A stretch of DNA of 64,000 nucleotides from the NCBI GenBank assembly GCA_035266845.1, contig DATFMP010000022.1, positions 13,550-77,549 of the forward strand. Direction: 5' to 3'. This document shows positions 46,043-56,469 of the stretch, in pieces. Below the pieces are notes generated by a model, which was not told the DNA's origin, did not search any database, and saw nothing but the letters and a program-made list of their open reading frames with translations. Source of the stretch: a bacterium (GTDB lineage: Bacteria > SAR324 > JACQKK01). A program made the position numbers and the translations under genes. The stretch's first letter is position 1. Every line of letters starts with the position of its first letter.

Positions 46043-47104
46043 ATGATTATCCCAAAGGAGCGGCACTTGACTCCGGAACAGGAAGCAGAGCTGTCAGCGG
46101 TCACGGGCGAATTCGGCATCACGCTGCAGAAGATCGCGGGCGAGACCCGCTCGGTCTACGCCATGGTGGGCGACGAGCGCGACGAGCTGCTCGTCAAGCG
46201 CGTAGAGGGCCTGGACTACATCGACCGGGTGGACACGATCCAGAAGCCCTACAAGCTGATGGCCAAGGACTCCGAGCTGGGCCGGCATTCGGTGCGGCTC
46301 AACGGCCTCACCATCGGCAACGGGCACTTCACCGTGGTCGCGGGCCACTGCACGATCGACCCCAAGAACCCGGACTACTTCTACGAGACCGCGGCGGCCG
46401 TGAAGGAAGCCGGCGGGGACATCCTGCGCGGCGGCGTGTGGAAGCCCCGTACCAGCCCGCACTCGTTCCAGGGCGACCACCGCTCCATGGACATCCTGAT
46501 CGAAGCCAAGGCCCGCACGGGCCTGCCTGTGGATACCGAGGTGATGGACTCCGAGCAGCTTGACCTGGCGCTGGAGGCCGGCGTGGATATGCTGCAGGTG
46601 GGCGCGCGCAACGCGCTCAACTACGGCCTGCTCAAGGAGATCGGCCGCAAGATCGCCGGGCGCCCCACCATCGTGCTGCTCAAGCGCGGCATGCACATGG
46701 GCAAGGTGGATGAGTTCATCCTGGCCGCGGAGTACGTGGTATCCGGCGGCAATCCCAACATCGTGCTCACGCCGCGCGGCACCGTGCCCACCATGGACGG
46801 CTTCCGCAACCATCCGGACGAGTCCATCACGGTGCTGCTCAAGGAGAAGACCTGGGCGCCCGTGCTGGTGGATCCGTCGCACTCCGTGGGCCGCTCCGCC
46901 TATGTGCCCTTCGCCGCCTGCGCCGCAGCAGCCTATGGGGCGGACGGGCTGATTGTGGAATCCCACGTGGCGCCCGTGAAGGGCATCGGCGACGACCCCA
47001 AGCAGGCGGTCACGCCCGAGGTGCTCTACAAGCTGATCCGCGACGCCCGCGCGATCCATGCCATGCAGAAGGAGCACGTGGCGCACATCATCGCCAACGC
47101 CTGA
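46043..47104 (+). CDS. aroG: 3-deoxy-7-phosphoheptulonate (DAHP) synthase, class I-beta with N-terminal regulatory ferredoxin-like domain
   Basis: C-terminal KDO8PS/DAHPS I-beta barrel (GHCTIDP, LLKRGMHMGKVDE, VDPSHSVG) and a ~90 aa N-terminal extension. Confidence 0.85.
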   Translation: MIIPKERHLTPEQEAELSAVTGEFGITLQKIAGETRSVYAMVGDERDELLVKRVEGLDYIDRVDTIQKPYKLMAKDSELGRHSVRLNGLTIGNGHFTVVAGHCTIDPKNPDYFYETAAAVKEAGGDILRGGVWKPRTSPHSFQGDHRSMDILIEAKARTGLPVDTEVMDSEQLDLALEAGVDMLQVGARNALNYGLLKEIGRKIAGRPTIVLLKRGMHMGKVDEFILAAEYVVSGGNPNIVLTPRGTVPTMDGFRNHPDESITVLLKEKTWAPVLVDPSHSVGRSAYVPFAACAAAAYGADGLIVESHVAPVKGIGDDPKQAVTPEVLYKLIRDARAIHAMQKEHVAHIIANA

Positions 47105-47231
47105 CCGCCCCCGTCGGCGCACGCGGGGTCCAGCGCCGCCCGCTTCGCCCCGGGCACGGCCCCACTGTGCGCACAGCCGTGGACTGAGGGGGCACGGTAT
47201 GCCCAGACCGCGCCCCTGTTCCGCGGGACGG

Positions 47232-47690
47232 CTACTGCTCCCAATTAGGCGTCGTTTGTCGCGTGCAGACATTGATGCGGGTGAACATATTCATGGCGCA
47301 AATGAACAGCACAAGCGCCGCACGCGAAGACTCGTCGTAGTACTGCTCCACCTCCCGCCAAAGCGAATCCGGCACGGAGTCGTATCGTGCCTTCAGTTCC
47401 GTCACAGCCTCGCATAAGAAGAGCGCCGATCGCTCGGCGGCAGTGAAGCGGTCCGATTCACGCCACGCTACAACCGCCAGGAGCCGCTCACGCATGTCGA
47501 CGTCCTGATCTGCCGCGTTCATGGCTTGTCCGATGCAGAGCTCGCAATTGTTCATCTGGCCGACGCGCAGGCCGACAATATCGAGCGTGGTCTTGGCAAT
47601 TCCGCTCTGAAAGATGGGGGCCATCATTGCCTGGATTCCAGCGTTCACCCCTTGAAGCACGAGTGCCGGGTTCTTCATTCTTGCTTGCAT
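47232..47690 (-). CDS. carboxymuconolactone decarboxylase (AhpD-like) family protein
   Basis: CMD core with a NNCELCIG Cys motif; lower GC than the surroundings. Confidence 0.75.
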   Translation of the reverse strand: MQARMKNPALVLQGVNAGIQAMMAPIFQSGIAKTTLDIVGLRVGQMNNCELCIGQAMNAADQDVDMRERLLAVVAWRESDRFTAAERSALFLCEAVTELKARYDSVPDSLWREVEQYYDESSRAALVLFICAMNMFTRINVCTRQTTPNWEQ

Positions 47691-47849
47691 GCGTCGATTT
47701 CCTTCGAATGGATTTCAGGTGATCCTGCTGTGGCGGGACGCAAATCGTGGCCGTCTTGGGGGTGGCGTGCTGCCGCCAACCCGATCTGTCACATCGGCCC
47801 GCTGTGGGACGTCATTGCTTTGACGATCCGGAAACGCGGAGTGTGACCG

Positions 47850-48716
47850 ATGGACGAAACAGACTTGTTGCTTCAACACTTCGAGGCCCATCGAGCGCAT
47901 CTGCGAGCCGTTGCGTGTCGGATGCTTGACGATCGAGCTGACGCCGACGATGCCGTTCAGGAAACCTGGCTACGTCTAAGTCGAACCGATATCCGTGGCG
48001 TGGAGAATCTGCGCGGCTGGCTGACCAAAGTCGTCGCTCGCGTGTGTCTCGACATGCTGCGTTCGCGCAAGTCGCGGCGCTGGGAACCCTTGGATGAGCG
48101 CGCTCCGGCAGAGCCGGCGCGCAAGGGCACTCCCGAGGACGATGTCCTGATGGCCGATTCCATCGGCGCGGCACTGCTTGTCGTGTTGCAGAGGCTCCCA
48201 CCGGCTGAGCGGGTCGCTTTCGTGCTGCACGACTTGTTCGACCTGCCATTCGAAGACATCGCTCCCATCGTCGGACGGACCCCGCCCGCCGCAAGACAGC
48301 TCGCCAGTCGGGCGAGACGCCGCGTGCGCGGGGTGACCCCGATTGGGGGTGCCGACCGCATCCGGCAGCGCGAGATCGTCGATGCCTTTTTGGCTGCCTC
48401 GCGCAGCGGCGACCTGGAAGGCCTCCTTGCCTTGCTCGCTCCGGATGTCGTGTTGCGAGCCGACCCCGCAGCACAACGCATGGGCGCGCCTTCGGAAGTC
48501 CGAGGCGCCCGGGTCACAGCGGCTTTCTTCAAAGGCCGCGCACTGGGTGCCGAGCCCGCCGTCGTCGCGGATGGTATCGGACTCATCGTAGCCCCAGGGG
48601 GGCGGCTGCGCATCGTCGTTCGACTGACCATCGCGGAAGGAAAAATCGCCAGGATCGATGCAATCGCCGAGGCCAAACATCTGGACCGGATCAAGCTGGC
48701 TGTCCTGGACGATTGA
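47850..48716 (+). CDS. ECF sigma factor with C-terminal SnoaL-like extension (SigJ/ECF56-like)
   Basis: Sigma2 DAVQETWLRL; sigma4 VLHDLFDLPFEDIAPIVGRTPPAARQLASRARRRV; the C-terminal AFLAASRSGDLEGLLALLAPDVVLRAD...AEGKIARIDAI resembles the Mtb SigJ extension. Confidence 0.85.
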   Translation: MDETDLLLQHFEAHRAHLRAVACRMLDDRADADDAVQETWLRLSRTDIRGVENLRGWLTKVVARVCLDMLRSRKSRRWEPLDERAPAEPARKGTPEDDVLMADSIGAALLVVLQRLPPAERVAFVLHDLFDLPFEDIAPIVGRTPPAARQLASRARRRVRGVTPIGGADRIRQREIVDAFLAASRSGDLEGLLALLAPDVVLRADPAAQRMGAPSEVRGARVTAAFFKGRALGAEPAVVADGIGLIVAPGGRLRIVVRLTIAEGKIARIDAIAEAKHLDRIKLAVLDD

Positions 48717-48866
48717 CTCCTCACCGGATTGATGCTCCCCCCTTGGCGGGATGGATCCATTGCCGCTTTGCCGTTGCGACCTTGGCAGCTTGGTGTCTTT
48801 GCCAGAGCCGAAGTTGCAGGGGCCCCGCCTCTTCCGCGCCCCCGGAATTGCTGCCATCATGATGAA

Positions 48867-49637
48867 ATGGACGATTTCGCGCGGGCCGCCATCGCGGTGG
48901 AGCACCTGACCAAGCGCTACGGGGACGTGGCCGCGGTGGACGACCTGACATTCTACGTCCAGCACGGCACCACCACCGGGCTGCTGGGCGGCAACGGCGC
49001 GGGCAAGACCACCACGCTCTCCATGCTGGTGGGGCTGCTGCTGCCCGACTCCGGCCGCATCCAGGTGCTGGGCGTGGACATGCTGCGCCACCGCTACCGC
49101 GCGCTGGGGCGCATGAACTACTCCTCGCCCTACGTGGACCTGCCCTTCCGCCTGACCGTTTGGGACAACCTGCGCGTCTATGCGGGGCTCTACGGCTTGG
49201 CCCGGCCCCGTGAGCGCATCTACGCGCTGGCGGAGGAGCTGACACTGGTGCCATTCCTCAAGCGGGCCTACGGGTCGCTTTCCGCCGGACAGAAGACGCG
49301 CGTGGCGCTGGCCAAGGCGCTGCTCAACGAGCCGGAGGTGTTGCTGATGGACGAGCCCACCGCCTCGCTCGATCCCGACATGGCGGACTACGTGCGCACC
49401 TACCTGAAGCGCTACCAGGCGCGCACGGGTGCGACCATGCTGCTGGCCTCCCACAACATGACGGAGGTGGAGCGCATCTGCGACGACGTGATCATCCTGC
49501 GCGAGGGCAAGAAGGTGGACCAGGGCGCGCCCCACGCGCTGATCGTGAAGCACGGCCGGCGGACGCTGGAGGACGTGTTCATCGACATCGCCCGCCGCCG
49601 CAGCCCGGAGGACGACGTGCCGGAGGCCGCCTCATGA
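48867..49637 (+). CDS. ABC transporter ATP-binding protein (ABC-2 exporter type)
   Basis: Walker A GGNGAGKTT; signature LSAGQKTRV; Walker B LLMDEPT; ATG at 48867. Confidence 0.85.
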   Translation: MDDFARAAIAVEHLTKRYGDVAAVDDLTFYVQHGTTTGLLGGNGAGKTTTLSMLVGLLLPDSGRIQVLGVDMLRHRYRALGRMNYSSPYVDLPFRLTVWDNLRVYAGLYGLARPRERIYALAEELTLVPFLKRAYGSLSAGQKTRVALAKALLNEPEVLLMDEPTASLDPDMADYVRTYLKRYQARTGATMLLASHNMTEVERICDDVIILREGKKVDQGAPHALIVKHGRRTLEDVFIDIARRRSPEDDVPEAAS

Positions 49638-50461
49638 GCGCCGCCGTGCCCGCCGCCTCGCCCGTGGTGCTGTCCGTGCGCCGCATCGGGGCCATGGTGA
49701 TGCGCTACCTGTTCCTGCTGCGCAACTCCTGGCCGCGCGTGCTGGAGATGGTGTACTGGCCCACGGTGCAGCTCATCCTGTGGGGCTTCATCACGCGCTT
49801 CTTCGTGACGCACGACTCCTGGCTGGCCCAGGCCGCCGGCGTGCTGATCACCGCCGTGCTGCTGTGGGATGTGCTGTACCGCGGGCAGCTCGGCGTGTCG
49901 CTGATGTTCTTCGAGGAGATGTATGCGCGCAACCTGGGGCACCTGTTCGTGAGCCCCCTGCGGCCGTACGAGCTGGTGCTGTCCCTGCTCACGATGAGCC
50001 TGATCCGCACGCTGATCAGCTTCGGTGGGGCCTCCCTGCTGGCGATCCCGCTGTACCAGTTCTCCATCTACTCCCTGGGCTTTCCACTGCTGCTGTTCTT
50101 CTTCAACCTATTGGTGATGGGTTGGGCGCTGGGCCTGCTCATCGTGAGCCTGGTGATGCGCTACGGGCTGGGGGCCGAGAGCCTGGCCTGGGTCGCGATC
50201 TTCGCCATCGCGCCCTTCAGCGGCGTGTACTATCCCATCGCCACGCTGCCCGTGTGGCTGCAGCCGCTGGCCTGGTCGCTGCCCTCCAGCTACATCTTCG
50301 AGGGCATGCGCGCCATCGAGATCCATCACGTCGTGGAGTGGCACCTGCTGGGGGCCGCGGCGGGCCTCAACGCGGTGTACCTGGCGATCGCCGTGGGCGT
50401 GTTCCTGGTGGCATTCGGCTATGCGCGCCGCCACGGGTTGCTGCTCAACGTCGGCGAGTAG
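49634..50461 (+). CDS. ABC-2 family transporter permease
   Basis: 6 TM helices; overlaps the ATPase stop (ATGA). Confidence 0.75.
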   Translation: MSAAVPAASPVVLSVRRIGAMVMRYLFLLRNSWPRVLEMVYWPTVQLILWGFITRFFVTHDSWLAQAAGVLITAVLLWDVLYRGQLGVSLMFFEEMYARNLGHLFVSPLRPYELVLSLLTMSLIRTLISFGGASLLAIPLYQFSIYSLGFPLLLFFFNLLVMGWALGLLIVSLVMRYGLGAESLAWVAIFAIAPFSGVYYPIATLPVWLQPLAWSLPSSYIFEGMRAIEIHHVVEWHLLGAAAGLNAVYLAIAVGVFLVAFGYARRHGLLLNVGE

Positions 50462-50651
50462 GCACACCGCCACCATCCCCCGACCCACGGTCATTGCGGC
50501 TGCGCATATCGCTTGTCGGGCTTGGCTTGGCGGGTATAAAATAGAATCTGTGTTCGGATTACAGCGTTAATCGTGCCAGGTCGCACGACCCTCGCCCCGC
50601 CGTGCTGGCCGGCGGCAGCCCGCCCCCCTTCCCCGGGTATGAAGGCGCACC

Positions 50652-51926
50652 ATGGAACAGAGTCATTCCGCGCCGGAAATCAAGGAACTCCTCGGCATCG
50701 ATCAAGTGACCCGCCGCCACCAGCGCCTGAAGCGCTGGATAGGCGGCGGCGGTGTGCTGTTGCTGGCCGTCGCCGCCGTGCTGGCATGGCGCCTGACCTC
50801 GCGCAGCGACGCGCCCCAGTATAAGACCGAGGCGGCCACCAAGGCGGACCTCGTCGTGCAGGTAACGGCCACGGGTAGCCTGGAGCCCATCACCCAGGTA
50901 GACGTGGGCTCGGAGCTGTCGGGCATCATCCGTACGCTCAGCGTGGACTACAACGACCGCGTCAAGGCCGGGCAGGTAATGGCAAGGCTGGATTCGGCCA
51001 AGCAGGAGGCGCAGGTGCAGCAGTCGATGGCGGCCCTGGAAGCCGCCCAGGCGCAGGTGCTGAATGCCAAGGCCACCGTGGAGCAGACCCACCTGCAACT
51101 GCAGCGGCTGCGGGAGCTGGCGCCCACCCAGTCCGTCTCCGCCCACGATCTGCAGGCGGCCGAGGCGGACTACAAGCGCGCCCTGGCCGTGCTGGCCGTG
51201 AACCAGGCGGACGTGGACAAGGCCAAGGCCAATCTCAACGCGGACCAGATCACGCTTTCCAAGATGGCGATCCGCGCCCCCATTGACGGCATCGTGCTGC
51301 GCCGCAACGTGGAGGTGGGCCAGACCGTCGCGGCCTCGCTGCAGGCGCCCGTGTTGTTCACGTTGGCGGACAACCTGCGCAAGATGCAGATCAGCGTGGC
51401 CGTGGACGAGGCGGACGTGGGCAAGGTGCAGAAGGGACAGTCGGCCGTCTTCACCGTGGATGCCTACCCGGACCGCTCCTTCTCCGCCACGGTAACCGAG
51501 GTGCGCTACGCGCCGCAGACCGTGGCCGGGGTGGTCACCTACGAGGCCCTGCTGGGCGTGGACAACAGCGACCTCCTGCTGCGCCCCGGCATGACGGCCA
51601 CGGCCAACATCACCGTGTCCCGGCACGACGACGCGTTGTTGGTGCCCAACGCCGCGCTGCGTTTCACGCCGCCGCAGTCTGCCCAGAACAATGGCGGTTC
51701 GAGCTGGCTGCGCTCGCTGATGGGCCGGCGCCAGCACAGCTCGCCCCAGCCGGCCGCGGCGGAGGCCAAGGGCGCGCAGCGGGTCGTGTGGACCCTGCGC
51801 GACAACCGGCCCGTGGCCATCCCGGTCACCGTGGGCCAGACGGACGGCCGCGTGACCCAGGTGGTGCAGGGCGAGCTGAAGCCCGGCACACGGCTGCTGG
51901 TGGACCTGCTCCAGGCCAAGCCATGA
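50652..51926 (+). CDS. HlyD/MacA-family periplasmic adaptor subunit
   Basis: N-terminal TM, long coiled-coil hairpin, beta-barrel and MP domains. Confidence 0.85.
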   Translation: MEQSHSAPEIKELLGIDQVTRRHQRLKRWIGGGGVLLLAVAAVLAWRLTSRSDAPQYKTEAATKADLVVQVTATGSLEPITQVDVGSELSGIIRTLSVDYNDRVKAGQVMARLDSAKQEAQVQQSMAALEAAQAQVLNAKATVEQTHLQLQRLRELAPTQSVSAHDLQAAEADYKRALAVLAVNQADVDKAKANLNADQITLSKMAIRAPIDGIVLRRNVEVGQTVAASLQAPVLFTLADNLRKMQISVAVDEADVGKVQKGQSAVFTVDAYPDRSFSATVTEVRYAPQTVAGVVTYEALLGVDNSDLLLRPGMTATANITVSRHDDALLVPNAALRFTPPQSAQNNGGSSWLRSLMGRRQHSSPQPAAAEAKGAQRVVWTLRDNRPVAIPVTVGQTDGRVTQVVQGELKPGTRLLVDLLQAKP

Positions 51927-52669
51927 CGCCCGCCACGAGCGAAGCCGAGGCCGTCCCTACCGGTGTGCCGGGGGCGCCACTGCTGGAGCTGCGGGGTGTG
52001 ACCAAGATCTATGGCACGGGGCAGGCCGAGGTGCAGGCACTGCGCGGGATCGACCTGTCCATCCGCGACGGGGAGTTCGTGGCCGTGATGGGCCCCAGCG
52101 GCTCGGGAAAGTCCACCGCCATGAACCTGCTGGGCTGCCTGGATGTGCCCACAGGGGGCGCCTACCTGTTCCGCGGGGTAGACGCGGGGCAGCTCAGCCA
52201 GGACCAGCGCGCGCTGCTGCGCCGCTACTTCCTGGGCTTCGTGTTCCAGGGCTACAACCTGCTCAACCGCACCTCCGCGCTGGAGAATGTGGAGCTGCCG
52301 CTGATCTACCGCGGCACGCCCCACGCCGAGCGCCGCGAGCGCGCCCATGCGGCGATGGCGGCCGTGGGCCTCACGGGCTGGGAGCATCACACGCCCGGCG
52401 AGCTTTCCGGCGGCCAGCAGCAGAGGGTCGCCATCGCCCGCGCCATCGTGACCGAGCCCAGCCTGCTGCTGGCGGACGAGCCCACGGGGAACCTGGATAC
52501 CGCGCGCAGCCGGGAGATCATGGATCTGCTCAAGAGCTTCAACCGCGAGCGGCACCTCACCATCGTGATGGTTACCCACGAGGCGGACATCGCGGCATAC
52601 GCCGAGCGCACCGTGCACTTCGTGGACGGCCGCATCGATTCCGATACGCTCAAGGAGCGCGTGGCCTGA
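51923..52669 (+). CDS. MacB/LolD-type ABC ATP-binding protein
   Basis: GPSGSGKST, LSGGQQQRVAIARA and LLLADEPTGNLD motifs; ATG at 51923 overlaps the adaptor stop. Confidence 0.9.
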   Translation: MTPATSEAEAVPTGVPGAPLLELRGVTKIYGTGQAEVQALRGIDLSIRDGEFVAVMGPSGSGKSTAMNLLGCLDVPTGGAYLFRGVDAGQLSQDQRALLRRYFLGFVFQGYNLLNRTSALENVELPLIYRGTPHAERRERAHAAMAAVGLTGWEHHTPGELSGGQQQRVAIARAIVTEPSLLLADEPTGNLDTARSREIMDLLKSFNRERHLTIVMVTHEADIAAYAERTVHFVDGRIDSDTLKERVA

Positions 52670-53883
52670 TGTTCCTGGAAACGCTGCTGCTGGCGGCGCG
52701 CGAGATCCGCCGCAACGTGCTGCGCTCGTCCCTCACCATCCTGGGGGTGGTGATCGGGGTAGCCGCCGTTATCACTATGGTCACGGTGGGCAACGGCGCC
52801 ACGGCCCGCGTCACGTCCGACATTTCCTCCCTGGGTAGCAACCTGCTGATCGTGCGGCCGGGGCAGCACCGGCACGGGCCCGGCGGCACCAGTTCCGGCG
52901 CGGACCCCCTGCGCCAGCAGGACCTGGACGCCATCACCACCCAGGTTTCCGGGCTGGCCGCCGTGGCCCCGCTGGTCTCGCGAGGCGTGCAGGCCGTCTA
53001 TGCGGACCAAAACTGGTCCACCAGCGTTTCCGGCACCACCGACGGCTTCTTCCAGGCCCGCAACTGGGGCCTGACGGAGGGCCGCCAATTTACCGAGGGT
53101 GAACTGCGCGGCGGCGCAGCCGTGTGCATCCTGGGCCAGACGGTGCGCAGCAAGCTCTTCGGCGCGCAGAATCCGCTGGGCGCCATGATCCGCCTGGAGA
53201 AGCTCTCCTGCCACGTGATCGGGCTGTTGGAATCGAAGGGCCAGTCGAGCTTCGGCACGGACATGGACGACCTGGTGCTGGTGCCCCTGCGCACCTTCCA
53301 GCGCCGCATCGCGGGCAATGTGGAAAACATCGGCACGCTCCTGGTCTCCGCGGAGAACTCCGTCTCCACCGAGAAGGTGCAGCGGGACATCGAGGCTCTG
53401 CTGCGTCAGCGCCGCCACATCGCGCCGGGCATGGATGACGACTTCTGGGTGATGGACATGAAGGAGATCGCCGCCACCGTCTCGGGCGCCACGCGCGTGC
53501 TCACGGGCCTGCTGGGCGCCGTGGCGGCGGTGAGCCTGCTGGTCGGTGGCATCGGCATCATGAACATCATGCTGGTCTCCGTGACGGAGCGCACGCGGGA
53601 GATCGGCACGCGCCTCGCCATCGGCGCGCTGGCGCGCGACGTGCTGCTGCAGTTCCTGGTGGAGGCCGTGGTGCTCTCCTCGCTGGGCGGTGTCGTGGGC
53701 ATCCTGCTGGGGCTGGGTGGCGCAGCCCTGGGTGCGCATCTGCTCAAGGTGCCATTCGTGTTCAATCCCGGCATCGTCGCCATCGCCTTCGTCTTCTCTG
53801 CGGCGGTGGGTGTGGTCTTTGGCTACTTCCCGGCGCGCCAGGCCGCCCGCCTCAATCCTATCGAGGCCCTGCGCCACGAATAG
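52669..53883 (+). CDS. FtsX-like (MacB-type) ABC permease with periplasmic MacB_PCD domain
   Basis: N-terminal TM, large periplasmic domain, C-terminal 3-TM FtsX fold (GIGIMNIMLVSVTERTREIGTRLAIGA). Confidence 0.85.
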   Translation: MFLETLLLAAREIRRNVLRSSLTILGVVIGVAAVITMVTVGNGATARVTSDISSLGSNLLIVRPGQHRHGPGGTSSGADPLRQQDLDAITTQVSGLAAVAPLVSRGVQAVYADQNWSTSVSGTTDGFFQARNWGLTEGRQFTEGELRGGAAVCILGQTVRSKLFGAQNPLGAMIRLEKLSCHVIGLLESKGQSSFGTDMDDLVLVPLRTFQRRIAGNVENIGTLLVSAENSVSTEKVQRDIEALLRQRRHIAPGMDDDFWVMDMKEIAATVSGATRVLTGLLGAVAAVSLLVGGIGIMNIMLVSVTERTREIGTRLAIGALARDVLLQFLVEAVVLSSLGGVVGILLGLGGAALGAHLLKVPFVFNPGIVAIAFVFSAAVGVVFGYFPARQAARLNPIEALRHE

Positions 53884-53985
53884 CGGCGCGCCGGCTTTGG
53901 TCGGAGTCTGCATTGGGAGCGCGGGGGCCCGTGGTCCCCGCACTGGAATGCTTGTGGTTTCAAGCGGCCCCCCTGGAGATGCCGC

Positions 53986-54444
53986 ATGGTATCGCGCCCA
54001 CAGGACCACCCCGACGTTTCGCTGACCATCCGCCGCACGTTTCCCGCGGCGCGCGAGCGCGTGTTCCGGGCGTGGACGGACCCCGCCTTGCTGCGGCAGT
54101 GGTGCTGCCCGGTCGGCTTCACGGTGGCCGCGGCCGAAGTGGACCTGCGCACGGGGGGCCACTACCGCATTGCCATGCAGCCGCCGGACGCGGGCGAGCC
54201 CAGCATCGCCCATGGCACGTACCGGGAGGTCATGCCGCCCGAGCGCCTCGTCTGCACGTGGCAATGGGAAGGCGAAGAAACGGGCGAGACCCTGGTGACG
54301 GTGGAGTTTCACGGCTTGGGGGGCGAGACGGAGATCGTGCTGCTGCACGAACAGTTCCCTGCGCCGGATACCCGCGACCGGCACAACGAGGGCTGGATCT
54401 CGTGCCTGGAGCACCTTGCGCAGGCGCTGCCCAACCTGGCCTGA
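53986..54444 (+). CDS. SRPBCC-superfamily protein (AHSA1/START-like)
   Basis: Typical Aha1-domain pattern (FPAARERVFRAWTDPALLRQW...W.WE). Confidence 0.75.
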   Translation: MVSRPQDHPDVSLTIRRTFPAARERVFRAWTDPALLRQWCCPVGFTVAAAEVDLRTGGHYRIAMQPPDAGEPSIAHGTYREVMPPERLVCTWQWEGEETGETLVTVEFHGLGGETEIVLLHEQFPAPDTRDRHNEGWISCLEHLAQALPNLA

Positions 54445-54739
54445 GCCGGCCACGGCCCGTATCGGCTTCGCACAGCACCCGCATCCGCTCCTGCGCCATG
54501 GCGGCTCGCCCATCCGGGCGGGCTCGTCGGGCACGGGCGCACCGCATCGGCTACCCCGCCTCCTCCCCCTCGTTGTTGGCCGCAAAGTTGCAATCCATTG
54601 CACCGGGATCCGTGCATGCGGGCGTCGTGCGGCTGACGCCATCGTGCGGCGAATCCCGCGGCCTCCGGGTCAAGGCCCATCAACCACACGGTCAAGCGTC
54701 TGCATGCAGGCGCAATGCACACCAAGCGGACGAGGCGAG

Positions 54740-55663
54740 ATGGTGGAGCAGGCACACGACAAGGCGGTCGCCTTCTGGGGCGAGACGATGGCCGACGAGG
54801 AGCCATTGCGCGAAACGCGCTTCCCGCTGGTGGAGGTGCAGACCGCCATCGCCTGGCGGGTGATCGAGCCGTGCCTGCAGGGCACATTGCGCGTGCTCGA
54901 TGCCGGGGCCGGGACGGGGCGCTACTCGCTGCCCATCGCCGCACAGGGGCACCACGTAACGCACCTGGATGTCTCGCCGGCGATGCTGCAACGGGCCATG
55001 GCCTCGGCGGCGCACGAGGGACTGGCCGAGATCGAGTTCCGCCAGGGGGACGTGTGCAACCTGTCCGCCTTCGCGGATCGCGCCTTCGACCTGACGCTGT
55101 GCCTGGACGCGCCCGTGTCCTACGCCTGGCCGCACCACGCGCGGGCGCTGGGGGAGGTCTGCCGCGTGACGGGCGAGCGCTTGGTGCTGATGGTCTCCAG
55201 TCGCAGCGGAGCGCTGCCGTTCATGATCGACTTCGACATGGCCGGGAGCTTCGTGCCGCCAGGGCAGGGCGAAGGGCACGATCCGTTCTTCCTGACGGAG
55301 AGCATCCTGCGCCACGGCGTGGAGCGCTTCCCGCCTGAGTTCGAGCCCTGGCTGCGCCGCGAGGGCAAGCTAACCCCGCCGGACTACGCCTTCACCGCGC
55401 CGGAGCTGACGGACCTGCTGGAGGCCGAGGGCTTCGCCGTGCAGCTCATCGGCGGACCGGGGGCCCTGGCGCGCAGCATCCGCCCGGAGAGCCTGGAGCG
55501 CATCCGCAGCGACCCGGCGCTCTTCGAGCGCTTTATCGGCTACAGCGTCGCCTTCGACTTCGACCCCTACAACGTCGGCCTCGGCGCCGTGAACCTGATG
55601 GTGGTGGCCCACCGCGTCGGCGAACCCGCCAGGCGCCGGCACGGCAAGCGTCGCCAGGCATAG
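54740..55663 (+). CDS. class I SAM-dependent methyltransferase
   Basis: Motif I VLDAGAGTGRYSLPIA; ATG at 54740. The upstream ORF portion is spurious. Confidence 0.7.
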   Translation: MVEQAHDKAVAFWGETMADEEPLRETRFPLVEVQTAIAWRVIEPCLQGTLRVLDAGAGTGRYSLPIAAQGHHVTHLDVSPAMLQRAMASAAHEGLAEIEFRQGDVCNLSAFADRAFDLTLCLDAPVSYAWPHHARALGEVCRVTGERLVLMVSSRSGALPFMIDFDMAGSFVPPGQGEGHDPFFLTESILRHGVERFPPEFEPWLRREGKLTPPDYAFTAPELTDLLEAEGFAVQLIGGPGALARSIRPESLERIRSDPALFERFIGYSVAFDFDPYNVGLGAVNLMVVAHRVGEPARRRHGKRRQA

Positions 55664-55779
55664 TCCGATAAGCGGATTCGGGGATATACGTCTCCCTGTG
55701 CCCGCCGAGGGGCGGGCCCGGCGATGCGGGCTGGGTGTGTGGCCGGCGGGCCCTGATCGGCGCCGCGGCCTGCGCCGGG

Positions 55780-56214
55780 TTACTTGATGCCGATCAGACG
55801 CACTTCGAAGATCAGCGTCTTGCCGGCGAGCGGATGATTGCCGTCCAGCACGCCCTCTTCCGGCGTGACCTCGGCGACGTACCACACCTGCCCGCCCTGC
55901 TGGCCGTCCGACAGCGCGTCGCCCACCTTGGCATCCTGCGGGATGCGCTCGCGGGGGATGCGGATCACCAGTTCCTCGTTGCGCGGGCCATAGGCCTGAT
56001 CGGGCGGAATCTCGACCGTTTTCTCCTGCCCCACCTCCATGCCCATCACGGCATCGCTCATGCCCGGGATGATGCGGTTGCTTCCCGCCTCGAACTCGAA
56101 CGTGCCGCGTCCATCCGTGCTGTCAAAGACCGTTCCGTCCTCCAGTTTGCCGACGTATTCGATCTCGACTTGATCGCCCTGCTTTACGGCTTGTTCAATC
56201 GTCTGCTCAGTCAT
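55780..56214 (-). CDS. slyD: FKBP-type peptidyl-prolyl cis-trans isomerase (SlyD-like)
   Basis: FKBP fold with IF insertion; VEIEYVGKLEDGTVFDST...LAGKTLIFEVRLIGI. Confidence 0.85.
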   Translation of the reverse strand: MTEQTIEQAVKQGDQVEIEYVGKLEDGTVFDSTDGRGTFEFEAGSNRIIPGMSDAVMGMEVGQEKTVEIPPDQAYGPRNEELVIRIPRERIPQDAKVGDALSDGQQGGQVWYVAEVTPEEGVLDGNHPLAGKTLIFEVRLIGIK

Positions 56215-56469
56215 CGTGCCTCTGCTCAGTGTCCGGTACCGTGCCCGTCCGCATGCGTCCGGGACCGTTCGGGCCTCTACCCGTCGGTCCAGCGTCGCGT
56301 GTCTGAGCCTGGATTGATACCCCGTGAGCGCCAGAAATTCGATAATAGACTGAACTCACAGCATAAAATGATATTCCGTTGCGACACTGGGACGCGCCCG
56401 GCAACCTTCCGGGCCCATTCCCAGCAGGGGCCTGCCGGGCCGACCGTCGTTGCGAATTCATGTAATTAG

